From: Lama guanicoe
Taxonomy: Eukaryota
Direction of reading: 5' to 3'
DNA: 64,000 bases
Assembly (NCBI GenBank): GCA_013239625.1
Contig: MU054400.1
Span: 2,019,345-2,083,344, forward strand
Position 1 is the first letter of the stretch. The number at the start of each line of letters is the position of its first letter. This document shows, piece by piece, positions 40,787 to 55,270 of the stretch. A program made the translations under genes and the position numbers. The notes beneath the pieces are model-generated. The model did no database searches and was not told the origin of the DNA. It worked only from the letters and a program-made list of their open reading frames with translations.

Positions 40787-41510
40787 TGTGGTATAATATA
40801 AAAATATATTTGATCTTTGCATATAGGATCTTTGATCCTAAAACCCTTAGAATTTCCTAAATGAAGGGAATGTCTTGTTATTCATAACAAGCCCCTGGAG
40901 ACTACACTTCATTTATGCTAATGATGTTATATAGGGTGGGGCCCTTAGGTAGCCTCAGGATGGATGGCCACCAGAAAGACCAAGTGATTAGGAAGTTGAA
41001 CTTTCAGCCCCACCCACCAACCCCTAGGAAGGGCAGAGGGGCTAGAGACTCAGTTCTGGGAAACTCTAAGGCAGTGAGATTCAGAGTTTCTGGGTTGGTG
41101 AACACATCTAGATGCTATTAGGGTGACAAGCCAAGAAAGGGAGGAGCTATGCACTCTCCCCCACCCAAATGCCTTGCCCTATGCTTCTCTCTCTTCCATT
41201 TGTCTACGTCTGAGGTGTATCCTTTATACTAAACTGGTAAATTTAAGTAGTGTTTTCCTGAGTCCTGTGAGCCATTTTATCAAATCACCAAACCTGAGAA
41301 GGAGGTTGTGAGAACACCTAATTTATAGCCTGTCAGCAAGTTCAGGTGCCAGTAAGAATACTTTTACTGGTATGTGAAGTAGGGCAAGTCATGGGGGACA
41401 GCCTTTTAAGATGTGAGATCTGACACCAACTTCAGGTAGGTAGTATCAGAATTGAACTACTGGACACCTGTCCAGGCAGTGCTGGAGAAATTGTTGGTGC
41501 CTGAAAGAAC
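40787..41510 (+). mobile_element. MER21-like solo LTR
   Basis: aaatatatttgatctt...cccttaggtagcctcaggatgg...ccaccagaaagaccaag...tttcagccccacccaccaacc signature. Confidence 0.7.
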
Positions 41511-44262
41511 ACCCTAGAATATGCTCACTTAAGAAAGAAATGAGAAAAATACACTAGGTTATACTTCTAATAATCTCTTTCCAGAAGACTAGTTTAACAA
41601 TTAGAATTCATCTGTTACTCTGGTTGGAACAGAGCTACCAACCATCAAGAAACAGATGTCTCTCTGAAGGAATTAAATCATGGAGAAACCTAACAGATCA
41701 AAGATGATGATTATGTGCTTATCGTAAAACTTTGTAAAATTATATAACCAACTGAATGCATTCATTCCTCACTTACTGAGCACTTTCTTTATAAGCCAGG
41801 TACTGTGCTACATGTTGGGAATAAGGTGATAAGAAAGACACAGAACTCAATCTAGTGGGAAAGACAGACAAGAAAAACAAATGCAAAGTACAACAGAGAA
41901 GGTCACAGGATATGATAATATAGTACCTAAGTGAAATGGTTGCTTTCCCACAAGACGGCACTTAATGAGTTTGGAAAATGAAAAGTTGGTGTGAAGTAGG
42001 GAGCACTGGAATATTTCATCCTAGGTACAATAAATATTATATACAAAAGCAGAGAGAACGGGAGTACTGATGTACTCTTGAAACCCCCAAAAATTCAGTA
42101 TGATGAAATGGCAGACAGCAGTGCTCACAAAACATCCCATGTGCAGCCTTACGTTTCTTTTGTTTTTGGATAGGCCCACCTGACTAGCTATGACCAAAGG
42201 ACTGCAAGAAATAATGTGTCACTTCTGGCCCAAGTATAAAATAGAAGATCTGCCTTGAGACACTTTAGCTGTCTCTTCTGGCATATTTCAAGTGGTATAG
42301 CTACAAGACAGCAGAATTTCATCAGCTTAAGTCCCTGAGGATTATGTAGATGGAGGTCTCACTGACCAGTGAAAAATGTGTAGCATGAAGAAAAGCTTTG
42401 AAGCAAGAAATTAACCTTTGTGGTAATAAGCCACTGAGTCTAGGGTTATCTATTACCACACGATAGCCTATCCTGACTAGTGTAACTGTTGAGGTACAGT
42501 AAAAAATGAGAATGGAGACACAAATGATTGCTACATCACAAAAAGTGTTGAAAGGTTTTAAGCAGAAGAGTCACTGAAGATTTTCTAATAACAGTGTGGA
42601 AATAACACAGAGCAAGCATTTTTAAAAGTTGATGACCTGCATCAAGGAAGTAGCAACAGAACAGAGTAATTGCATGGGGTGGGACAGAGAAGAGATTATG
42701 GATTAAGAGATTTGACTGCAGAGAGGTAGGAGTTTGAGAGACATAATGACGAATTTTTATATTTGTTTTGTTCTTTGCTTTCTAAAGAGACACATACAGG
42801 CTAAAGTACTTAAGAGAACATCAGGTAATATGCAGAGGTGAATACAAGTTCAGAAGTGATGTGGCTTGAGGTAAAGATTTGAGTCACCACGTTATAGTGA
42901 CAGGATAATGTCACTTTTGGAAAATAGAAGAAGAGGAAATACAAGGCAGAACTTGGGGAACAATACCAACGTAAGAAACAGGAAGAAAAGACCTACAAAT
43001 GAGAAAGAAAAAAACCGGTCAGAAAATTAACCAGGGGAAAACAATATCAGAAACTAGAGGAAGAACATTTCAAAGAAAGACTGACAAGCATTAGAGGAGA
43101 GGGATTTAGATTTTAAATCACTTTCTTTTCATCTAAAAGTATCTAAGAATCTAAAAAAGTATCCACTAAATTAGGGGAGCTAAGAGGTCAATGGTGACCT
43201 TATCAAGGGAATCTACAGTGAAGTGGTAAGGGGAAGAAATAGGGAACAGCAAATTTAGTGAAAGGGAAATAGAGACAGAAAACAGAAAATGCCTTTTCCA
43301 AAGACAGCTGAGAAAGGAAGCAAAAGAAAGGGTGGTAGTGGTATTCTGTGGCTTTTAAACATGAAACAGACCTTCATGAGAAGAGACAGGAAAAGAAAAC
43401 CTGAGTACAAAGGGTAAATGGAGTTAACTGACAGAGAAAAGTACCTAAGACAGGGGGTGGGAATAAAACAAGAAATGAAAGGATTAGGGAGGCATATGGT
43501 AACAGACAAATTAACTAAAAGCCTCTGTGGGCTTCAATTTCTTTCCCTATAAAATGAGGAAAGAGGGGAGAGGTTTACCTCAATACCTTTCAAGAGTCAG
43601 AACACTAAATAATTGTATCCTAATCTACTATGTTAGTAATTTTTGCCATCTAAAACTCATGTATCTTAACCAAAAGAGAAATGTTTAGCTTAAAATTTTA
43701 GAAAATAAGGGCATCAAACATTAAAAAAAAAAATTGTGAATCCATGCCATGCCCTAAATGTTTCAAACAGTTGGCAAAGTAGAACTAAATTACTAAAACA
43801 ACAATTTCTGAAAGATAAAAGATACGATCCTTGCTATGTGAAAACTGTACATATTTCTTAAGATGTCATCTCAAGGTACACTTATCATACAACTTAGAAA
43901 ATGAAAAAAGCATTAAGCCATTTATCTATCTAGTTCAACTATGGTTAGCTTCAGAATACTCTTTTCCCCAACAAACCTCCCACAGAACCTCAGTATAAAA
44001 ACTGATATAAGAAAAGTGGTTTTGGCTGATGCAAGATATCCTTAACCACTGGGCTTGCTCCAAGGCCCGTCTTTCTGTGTGTGTTTAGAACTGTTAGAAA
44101 ATCACTAATGCAGTCTGATCACATCATTTTACAAATGAGAAAATTGTGCTCGGGGGTTAGCTTACAATCAGTTAGCTAATTTTCCCCAGAGTCAATTATG
44201 TGGTCAGATTACATATACATACATTATATCTCTGTCATTACTAAAAAGAAATGTCTCAATTC

Positions 44263-47022
44263 TAAGAGGCTACTACGAGCAACTATACATCAACAAAAAG
44301 GACAACCTAGAAGAAATAGACAATTTCTTAGAAAGGTACAATTTGCCAAAACTGAACCAGGAAGAAACAGAAAATATGAATAGACCAATTACTTGTACTG
44401 AAATCAAATCAGTAATTTAAAAACTCCCAAAGTCCAGGACCAGATGGCTTCATAGGCAAATTCTACCAACCATTTAGTTTAGAGTTAACACCTATCTTTC
44501 TGAAACTATTCCAAAAAATTGCAGAGGAAGGAACACTTCTGAACTCATTCTGAGGCCACCATCACCCTGATACCAAAATCAGACAAAGATATCATACACA
44601 CACACACAAATTACAGGCCAATATCAGTTATGAATATAGATGCAAAAATCTTCAACAAAATACTAACAAATCAACTCGAACAATGCATTAAAGGGATCAT
44701 ACACCATGATCAAGTGTTATTTACCCCACAGATGCAAGGATTTTTCAATATCTGCAAATCAATGTGATTACCAAATTAACAAATTGAAGAACAAAAACCA
44801 TAAGATCATCTCAATAGATGCAGAAAAAGCTTGATAAAACTCAACACTCATTTATGATGAAAACTCTCTAGAAAGTGTGCATAGAGGGAACATACCTCAA
44901 CACAACAAAGGCCATATATGACAAACCCACAGCTAATATCATACTTAATGCTGAAAAGATGAAAGCATTTTCCCTAAGATGAGGAATGAGACAAGGAGGC
45001 CCACTCTCATCACTTTTATTCAACATAGTTTTGGAAGTCTTAGCCATAGCAATCAGAGAAGAAAAATAAATAAAAGGAATCCAAACCGGAAAAGAAGAAG
45101 TAAAACTGTCACTGTTTGCACATGACATGATACTATACGTAAAAAATCCTAAAGATGCTACCAGAAAACTAATAGAGCTCATCAATGAATTCGGTAAAGT
45201 TGCAGGATACAAAATTAATATACAGTCGTCAGTTACATTTCTGTAAACCAACAACAAAATATCAGAAAGAGAAATGAAGTAAACAATCCCATTTACCACT
45301 GCATCAAAAATAGAAAACCTAGGAATAAACCTATCTAAAGAGGCAAAGAACCTGTACTCTGAAACCTATAAGACACTGATAAAAGAAACTGAAGACGACA
45401 CAAACAGACGGAAAGATATACCATGTTCTTGGATTAAAGAATCGATATTATTAAAACTACCTAAGGCAATCTACAGATTCAATGCAATCTCTATCAAATT
45501 ACCAAAGACATTTCACAAAACTAGAAAAATGTTAAAATTTGTATGGAAACATAAAAGACCCCAAATAGTCAAAACAACCCTGAGAAAGGACAGAGCTAAA
45601 GGAATCATGCTCCCTGACTTCCAGACACATATACCCTGTTCCATTGATCTATAAGTCCAGAAATAAACCCATGTACTTATGGTCAATTAATCTACAACAA
45701 AAGAGGTAAGAATATACAATGGAGAAAAGACAGTCTCTTCAATAAGTGGTGCTGAGAAAGCTGGACAGCTACCTGTTAAAGAATGAAATTAGAATATTCT
45801 CTAACACTATATACAAAAATAAACTCAAAAATAAAATTCCCAGAGGAAAACAAAGTCAGAGAACTCTGACATAAATTGCAGCAATGTTTTTTTCCAACTA
45901 GCTCCTACAGTAATGGAAATAAAAGCAAAAATGAACAAATGTGACCTAATTAAAAGTTTCTGCACAGCTAAGAATACCATCAAAAAATGAAAAAACAATC
46001 TATAGAATGAGAAAAAGTATTTACAAATGATGCAACTAACAAAGGACTAACTTCCAAAATACACAAACAGCTCACAGATTACTATCAAAAAAAAAAAGAA
46101 ATGAAACCCAATCAAAAAATGGGCAGAAGACCTAAACAGACATCTCTCCAAAGACATCCAGATGGCCAACAAGCACAAGAAAAAACTTATCATCACTAAT
46201 TATTAGAGAAATGCAAATCAAAACTACAATAAAGTATCACTTTACACCAGTCAGAATGGCCATCATTAAAAAGTCTACAAATGATCAAGGGTGTGGAGAG
46301 GAGAGGAATGGAATCCTCTACCACTGTTGGTGGGAACGTAGTTTGGTGTAGCCATTATGGAAAACAGTATATGGAGGTTCCTTAAAAAACTAAAAATAGG
46401 CCTACCATATGATCCAGCAATCCCACTCCTGGACACATGCCTGGAGAAAACTGTAATTTGAAAAGACACAAGCAACCCAATGTTCACAGCAGCACTTTTT
46501 ACAATAGCTCAGACATGGAAGCAACCTAAACGTCCATCGACTGATTAATGGATAAGGAAGATGTGGTATATATACAATGGAGTACTATTCAGTCATAAAA
46601 AAGAATGAAATAATGCCATTTGCGGCAACATGGATGGACCTGGAGATTGTCGTTCTAAGTGAAGTAAGCCAGAAAGAGAAATACTGTTTATCACTTACAT
46701 GTGGAATCTAAAAAAAGATATAAATAAACTTATTTACAAAACAGAAACAGACTTACAGACATAAGAGAACAAACTTATGGTTACCAGGGAGTAAAAGAGG
46801 TGTGAAGGGATAAATTGGGAGTTCAAGATATGCAGATACTATTATATAAACAAGTTTATATACTTTAGCACAGGAAACTATATTCAGTATCTTGTAGTAA
46901 CCTAAAATGAAAAAAAATATGAAAACATATGTCTGTATAGGTATGACTGAAACACTATGCTGTACACCAGAAATTGATACAATATTGTAAACTGATTATA
47001 CTTCAAAAAGAATGCAAAAAAA
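44263..47022 (+). mobile_element. 5'-truncated L1 (ORF2 RT domain to 3' UTR), antisense in UBQLN1 intron 3
   Basis: RT motifs (agacaaggaggcccactctc; SLFAHDMI from ctgtcactgtttgcacatgacatg) with many stops and frameshifts; L1 3' UTR. Confidence 0.93.
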
Positions 47023-47236
47023 GGTGTCACTTATTAACCACTTGTTTTATGTAAATACAAGCTAAATAAGCACATCTGTATTCCCAACTACTCCTTTAAT
47101 ATCTCCAATTACAGAAATAAGCTATAGAACCTTTTGTTGTTGTTGCTAATGTTTAATTCTGTCATTTTATTCAAAACCATCCGGGGAAGAAGGAAAGTTT
47201 TTTTCATTCCTATAAAAAATGACTAAGAACACATAC

Positions 47237-47352
47237 CTAAACCAAATGGGCTGCTAGTAGCAGAACCAGATGTAGAGCTACTATTAGGAGCTGATGATGT
47301 GGTAACATTGCTTCCACTGGTGCTTGTTTGCTGAGCTGAATGATCCTGAGGC
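47237..47352 (-). CDS. UBQLN1: Ubiquilin-1 exon 3 ([38 protein letters not shown])
   Basis: Acceptor tttcctag|G, donor G|gtatgt; 116 nt. Confidence 0.95.
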
Positions 47353-47528
47353 CTAGGAAAAATAATTACATCCTGGTGTAAACAATGGAGGTAATTAGTT
47401 TTAAACAACCCCTGAAATTCCAATACCCAGAAATAAAGTGTAAGTTTTCAGACCAACCCAAATTATCATAAAGCAAATACCTTGATATAACTAAGCAGTA
47501 GGAACACAAATATAAAGAAACATAGATA

Positions 47529-48382
47529 TGAAGTAAGCCAGAAAGAGAAAGAAAAATACCATATGAGATCGCTCATATGTGGAATCTAGAAAACAAAAAC
47601 AAACAAACAAAAACAAAGCATAAATACAGGACAGAAATAGACTCATGGACAGAGAATACAGACTTGTGGTTACCGGGGGGGTGGGGGTAGAGGGTGGGAA
47701 GGGATAGAATGGGAGTTCAAAATTGTAGAATAGATAAAGAAGATTACACTGTATAGCACAGGGACATATACACAAAATGTTATGATAAATCACAGAGAAA
47801 AAAATGTGACAATGAGTGTGTATATATCCATGAATGACTGAAAAATTGTGCTGAACACTGGAATTTGACACAACACTGTAAAATGATCATGAATCAATAA
47901 AAAATGTAAAAAAAAGTTGTAGTGTATATGTATATATGCTGTACACCTGAAACTAACACAATGTTGTAAATCAACTATATTTCAATTTAAAAAAAATACA
48001 ATGGAATATTACTCAGCCATAAAAAGAATGAAATAATGCCATTTGCAGCAACATGGATGGACCTAGAGAATATTATACTTAGTGAAATAAGAGAAAAACA
48101 AATATGATATCACTTGTATGTGGAATCTAAAAAATAATACAAATGAATCTATATACAAAACAGAAAGAGACTCATAGACATAGAAAGCAAACTTATGGTT
48201 ACCAAAGAGGAGAAGGAGAGGGTATGGAGAGACAAAGTAAGATTATGGGATTAATAGATACAAACTACTATACTTAAAATAGATAAGCAACATGTGTTTA
48301 CTGTATAGCACAAAGAACTATATTCAATATCTTGTTACAACCTATAATAAAAAATCATCTGAAAAAAATTTAAAAAAAAAAG
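47529..48382 (+). mobile_element. Composite L1 insertion: young L1 3' end plus appended older-L1 sequence, inside one 15-bp TSD
   Basis: 47529-47915 is near-identical to 35654-36040; TSD aaagaaacatagata at 47514-47528 and 48383-48397. Confidence 0.88.
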
Positions 48383-48786
48383 AAAGAAACATAGATAGTA
48401 AAACCTCACAAAATGCAAATTATACTTCAACTGCCTCTCCTTGAGTGTAATGTACATAAATACTTCATTACTTTCAATCATACTGATTATATAGAGGGAG
48501 ACAGGTCACCTCACAGAAGAGAATCAATGACTAGTCACAATTACAAAGCTTGACTATATAAGCAGCTTTTTATCTACATCCCCTTTAAGCTCCTGAGGGT
48601 TAGGAGGCAGTTTTACTCAAAACCTAAAATTATTAAAAGTAAAAAATAAAAAAAGAAGGCTGAGAAATCAATAAAAGTAACAACTGAGTATGATTTAATG
48701 TTATCTTTAAGTAAAAAACAAGGAGACTTTATTGGAAACCCCTTCCATCTGACACCAGGTAAGAGTTGTTTATCTCACTCAAATAA

Positions 48787-49530
48787 CTGTTTCTTTCACT
48801 GATTCAAAGATGCATTTTTTTTTCATTTTACCATTTCTATAATAGATCTTTCTTACAATTGCTGAGAGCCAGGCATCAATGGCCACGCCTGCACACATGT
48901 GTTTTGTATGATTTCAACTGAGTGACTAAGTACACTGTTACATGAGACATCCTATGTTTAATTACCACATAAAGTGTCTTCAGGAAGATTATACTATTAA
49001 TTGGTACCAAAATAAGGATATTCTATATATAGAAAAGCACAGAAACAGGAACACAGGGAATGAATTTTGTATCAGTGAAGCAAATTTCACTATTGGAGGA
49101 AAACCAGCATAAAAATTTGCAGAATGGGTGTCAATAGTTGGGAAGAAACTCCTGAAGAAAATACTGTAGCACTCCTAAGAAATGCTGCACCACTTACACT
49201 CTTGACAGAACAGTTTCATACCATTAGGAAAAATATGGACACTGATTACTAAGTCAAAAGGCAATTCAAAAGAATGAGACTCAAAGTGAAGTAGGGTTAG
49301 GAAGGCTTTAAACATTTATTCATGCATATTTTCTTTGTATGCATGCACAGAGTTGATAAGATACTATATCCAAATAAGCCTAAAGGAGCTCTTGGAGCTC
49401 TTTAAGCATAAAATAATTTTAAGTGAAAAGAAAATATACTAATTTAACTGGCAATATTTTTTCTTAGTGGGACACAAAAGAAGGATGCCTCTTAAAAATT
49501 GAATAGTGCCTTAGATTTAATAAAATATAG
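48787..49530. mobile_element. Kanga/MER104-like Tc2 DNA transposon relic
   Basis: Degenerate TIRs (ctgtttctttcactgattcaaagatgca ... gtgccttagatttaataaaatatag) with a pogo-like internal fragment (aagaaatgctgcaccact). Confidence 0.5.
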
Positions 49531-49849
49531 TTACTGATTTTGCGGCTTGCCAAGGAGGTAAGTCACTCTGATCTTTATCCAAAAATCTCCCTAAAACAAA
49601 AACCATACCTAATTATGTATTAATGTGCTTGTTCTGTAATTAAAAAATTCAATAGTTCAATAAAGATGACCTTTCTAAAATATCACATGTGTAAGCATCA
49701 GCATTACTGAATCACATTGGTTTTTTTAAAGACATTTGCTATCAACAACAGCAAATAAATGAATTTTAACCCATTTAAATATTAATGACAGAAAGTTATC
49801 TAAAGCCAAGACTGGTTATTTTTAAAAGAGAAATATAAACATTTATTCA

Positions 49850-50032
<183 letters not shown>

Positions 50033-52029
50033 CTAAATAAGATAAAAATAAAATAAATATGAATTACAGGTGTTTGCAAAACACCGTTTAGTCTAGTTTC
50101 TAGAAGAAAGTACCCAATATAGTACCAAGAAGCCCCTAATATACATATTGCAAGAATTCAAACACTAAAAGACACATCCTGCATCCATATCTTGATCTTA
50201 GTTGAAAATAAGTATTACCATTTCACCTATCTCTAACACAAACGTTTAATTAAAGGTGCACATATCCTATATTCAATCTACTGCTAAGGCTGCATAATGC
50301 ATTTGTCATAGCCTTATTCTTTTTATATCAATGGTGCTAGATGTTGTTCAAGCCACACATAGTTCTCACCAAGTTTACAATAACTTTTTCCTCAGATTTC
50401 CATCTCCAGTCCTGCTCTTTTCTACTTGAATATAGAGAAAGCCAACCTCATATTCTTGGCCTATTATACTGACTTTCCTCCACATCTCTTTCATTCAACA
50501 TTTATTAACAAGCAATATTATGCACATATAAAGACAGAAAGCAAAAATCTTTCCCTGAAGGAGTGCAGTCCAATGGAAGAGTCAGTCAAATAAACCACAA
50601 AGTACAGAGGAAGCACAAAGGGCAGTTAGAGAAAGTTTCCCAGTGAAAACCAATTGGGAAATAGCCAGGAAGATCTGAAGAAAGGCTCCCCAGGAATGAG
50701 AGTAACAGGCAAAAACAGACAAGAGAAGACAGTGTCATTCTGTAAGAAAAGCTTTACTCTATGCTAGATCAGTGTTTCTCAAACCTTCATCAAAACCTGT
50801 ATACTTAGGTTTTACTCCACTGTCCAAGTGAGTAAACCTCACGGTGGGTCAAGGAATTCAGAAAAGAACCACATCTTAAACCACTCTACCCCAATGCCCC
50901 ACAGAAGTGGGTCTCAATTAATCACGCACTATCGCCAAAGCAATGTTTTGGAAATAAAGGGTGCTGGGGGGTATTTCTGGTTGTCACAGTAAGTGGAAAG
51001 ACACATTAAACGACATTTGAGATTTCAGAAAATCTTGCAGGGACAGGAGGGGTGAGGTAAAGGGATATAAATATAAAACAAGACATGCCATATGTCAATC
51101 ATTGCCAAAAATGACAGGTGCTTTTGAAAGTTCACCAAATTCTACCTTTATGTATAAATGAAATTTTCCGTAATCAAGTTACAACACTCAATGTAAGCAA
51201 CTGGTTTTCTTTAAAAAAAAATCATAAAGATAATGTGAAATTATACTGTGGTAAATATTTTCAAGATTTTCCATCTGAACTTTCCTTCCTTTACTTAAAA
51301 ATATGACATATAAACCTTTTATCTAAAATAAACAATTTCCAAGTAACTAGAAAAATCTTTTTTAAACAACATTAGCACAGTACTCTAGAGAGATTAAACC
51401 AAATCATGACTTACTGTTATGCTCTCCTGTTATTAGAAATGATTTCTAATCTAATCTTATTTCTAGCTATTAGAAATAAGAATAAAGTAACAAGCAGCAG
51501 AGCACATGGTTTTGTGAGGACTAATGAAAATGTACGTAAAATGCAAGCGTTCGGCACCACAGGTAGTGGTCAGTAAATATCACTATGTCAGCTTTTTAAT
51601 CCTCAATAACTGAAGCAGACGGCTGTTAATACATTTCAGATACAGAAACAACAGAGAGGTTGAATACGTCCTCCTCCTCACACAGTGACACAGGTAATAA
51701 ACTTGCCAGGTTACATTTCAAACCTAGATCTGACTTCAAGAACCAATCTAGACAGATTAATTGTGTGTTTCTTAACCTTAAACGAAGAAACCCTTTTCAG
51801 AATCCTTGATATCCCTCAGATGTCATTCAGAAATAAGTAATCTTTGTTGTTGTTGTTGTGCCATATTTTTTATTTTTCTTTGAAATAAGTAATTTAATTG
51901 TCTAATATACAAATATATAGCATTTTAGCACATTTAGGATTTAAAGGTAAGATGCTAGACTGATGACACATCTACTCTTAACATTCTTTCAAATCCCCAC
52001 TGAAACAAGATTTCCTAATCCTAAATAGA

Positions 52030-52760
52030 CATACAACTCACATACAATTTGCTCATTTAAAGTGTACAACAGTTTTTAGTATGTTTAGACATGTGCAACC
52101 AGCACCACAATCAATTTTAAAAATTTTCATCTTCTCAAAAAGAAACCAGTATCCTTTACCTATCACTTCCCTATCCCCCCAACACTCCAAACCATGAGAA
52201 ACCACTAATCTACTTTCTGTCAAACAGATTTGCCTATACTGGACATTTCACATAAGTGCAATCATATAATATGCGGTCTCTGTGACTGGCTTCTTTTACT
52301 TAACATCTTTTCAAGGTCCATCCAGGTTGTCACATGTATCAATACCTCATCCCTGTTCGTGGCCAAATTATATTCTTTTGTATAGATATACAACATTTTA
52401 TTCATCAATTCAAGGACATTTGTGTTGTTTCTACCTTTGGGCCATTATAAATGATGCTGCCATAAAGATTCATGTACAAGTTTTTACATGACAATATGTT
52501 TTCATTTCTCTTAGGTATAAACCTAATAGAGAATTACTGGGTCATATGGTAACTCTCAGTTTAATCATTTGAGAAACTACCAGAGTGTTATCCTAAGTAG
52601 CTACACCACTGTATTTTGCTACCAGCAGTGTGTAAGGGTTCCAATCTCTCCACATCCTCACCGACACTTATTATCTGATTTTTTTAAAAATTACAGCCAT
52701 CCTAGTAGATGTGAAGTACTTTTGATCTGCATTCCCGATAGTTAAAAGATGTTGATGCAT
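52030..52760 (-). mobile_element. Old L1 (L1MA/MB-like) 3' end, minus strand
   Basis: aaccactaatctactttctgtc...tttgcctatactggacatttca...ctgggtcatatggtaactc signature. Confidence 0.8.
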
Positions 52761-52899
52761 CAAAATAATGAAGAACGCAGAGGGACCTTAAGGATACATT
52801 TATTTGAAACAAGACTGGCTCTAAGATTAATTGTCAAAGCTCGGCGAAAGATTCATGGGGGGCTAACTTACTGTTATCTCTACTTTCTGTATATTTGAA

Positions 52900-55270
52900 A
52901 TTACCCATAATTTTTAAAATTAGGAAAAAAATTTAAAGGAGGAAGAGTAACTGGCAACCTAAACTTTTATATCCAGTGCAAAATCCCTCAAAATGAAATA
53001 AAAAGAGACATTTTCAGACACACAAAAATGGAAAGAATCTGTTACCCAGCATACACAGACTAAAGGAAATGTTAATGTGTTCCTCAGACAGAAGAAAATG
53101 ATCCTCTCCTAGACAAAGACATAAAAAAGTATAAATAATAAATCAAAATAAAAACTGATTTTATAAAGCATTAATAACAATGTTTTGTGTTGGGAGGAAA
53201 GAAGGCAGAGAGGGAGGTTAAGTGTAATCCACAGGCTAGTAAACAGAGTTCAGTTGTTCTAAGGGTCCTTGCATTCAATGGAAAGAAGTACAAGTACTTG
53301 TTAAAGACATTTTATAAGACATATACGATAATCTCTAGGATAACTACTAAAACAAGAGTATAATCGTCATTCATCTACCAACCTAACAGAAGGGGTAATT
53401 CAAATAATACAAAATAATTCAAAGAGTAAAAAAGCAGCATGGAGGAGGAGGGTATAGCTCAGTGATAAAATATATATGTCTAGCATGCACAAGGTCCTGG
53501 GTTTAACTGCCAATATCCCTGTTAAATAAATAAAACCTATTTATGTCCCCTCATAAAAAAATAAAAATGAAAAAAAAATTTTTAAGGAATAGAAACAACA
53601 ACAAAAAGCAGCCTAGAATAGACAGCAAAAACAAATCAAATAGTATAATGGTAAATGTAAACTAAATGTGTCAGTGATTACATATCAGACTATATGCTAA
53701 AAAGACAAAATCTGCCAGACTGGTTTTAAAAACCCAATTTCATGCTGCTTAAAAAAGATACACCTAAACAACTAAGAAAAAGAAAGGTTGAAAATAAAAA
53801 GAATGGGTAAAGACAGTCCTTGCGAAAACTAACCAAAAAAAGTTTGTGAGGCTAATCAACAAAGCAAGCATCAGTACAAAAACTAGAATGCTTTAACATT
53901 ATAAAGTGTTCAATTCACAAGAAGATAAAACTTCGAATGTGTATGTTCATAACAAAGCTTCAATGTACATAAAGCAAAAATTAAATAGAACTACAGAGAG
54001 AAAAACAGACTAATCCAGAAGTACAGTAAATATTTTAGCACATTTACCTCAGTAACTGATAGAATAAAACAGGTTTGAAAGAAAGGTACAAATATAAAAG
54101 ATTTGAACTCAATTAACTGATGACTTAACTAGCATGTACAGAATACTGCACCCAATAACTAGAGAGAATAGCATTCTTTTTCAGTACATTTACATAATTA
54201 TATCATATGCTGGGCTATAAGGCAAGTCAACATATTTCATAAAGTTTAAATCTTAGGGAGTATGTACTCTAACCACATGCAAATTTAACCCATGCAATTA
54301 AACAGCACCTGAAAGATAAATCAATAAAGTATTAGTTCAACTGGAAAAGATTTACTAAACAAAACACAAAAAGATTTAACCATAAAAAAGCACAATAAAT
54401 TGAACCATCATTAGCAGAGTAAAAAAAGTAATAAGCAACACAGAGAAAAATGTCTTCAATACCAAAAACCAACAGAGAGCTTGAATACAGATTTTTTATA
54501 CAGAGAGCCCGCAAACCAGCAAGACAAAACCCAGCTGAAAACTGGCCAAGAGACTGAAATAGGAACTTCACAAAAGTGAAATCTAAATGGCCAATAAACA
54601 CAGGAAAGAGTCCATCCTAATAAATAAAAATCAGGTAACTTCAAATTAAAACCAGTGACACATCCACTGAATGGTCCATTATAAAGAATATTACAGTGCT
54701 GCAGAGGATGTGGAGCAACTGGAACCCACATATATTACAAGTAGTGAAAGTACAAATTTGTGTATTTTGGAAAAACATTTCACAGTAGAAGCTGAATATA
54801 TGCTTATACTCAGCAATTCCACTTTTGAGATTTATCTAATAAATTACACATCAAGTACATCAAAAGACATGTTCAAGGAAGTTCAAACTTTGGTATTACC
54901 CAAAAACTTAAAACAACACAAACATGCTCAATTACAGAACAAACTGTGATATATTCATAATCAGTAGACTATTCCACACGGTGACAACAAATGAACTGCA
55001 GCCATTGATGCAAAGCAAAAGCAGTAAATCACAAATGAAGAAAAACTGTTATTTCATTAACACAAGTTAAAGTGGGAAGGGGCAAAAACCATGGTATGAA
55101 AAGTGAGAATAGTGACAGGTACCTTTGGGAGGTGGTGGTGATTGCAAGGGATCACAAGGTGACTTCTGGGGAGTTGAGAGTTGATGAGATTCTACTCCTT
55201 TACTTTTGTGCTAATAAATGAAGCTGTACATTTATGTGTGCTTTCTTCTGTATTACACTTCAATAAAAAT
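52900..55270 (+). mobile_element. Highly decayed ancient L1 with deletions
   Basis: Degenerate ORF1-end, endonuclease-region and 3' UTR motifs in collinear order, ending ttacacttcaataaaaa. Confidence 0.65.
53441..53602 (+). mobile_element. tRNA-derived SINE, Vic-1-like (camelid)
   Basis: ggagggtatagctcagtg (A box) ... agcatgcacaaggtcctgggtttaa (B box), AT-rich tail; TSD aaaaagcagc at 53429-53438 and 53603-53612. Confidence 0.8.

Noticed and set aside
53441..53520. tRNA gene
   Set aside because: No intact cloverleaf; the AT-rich tail and TSD show a SINE.
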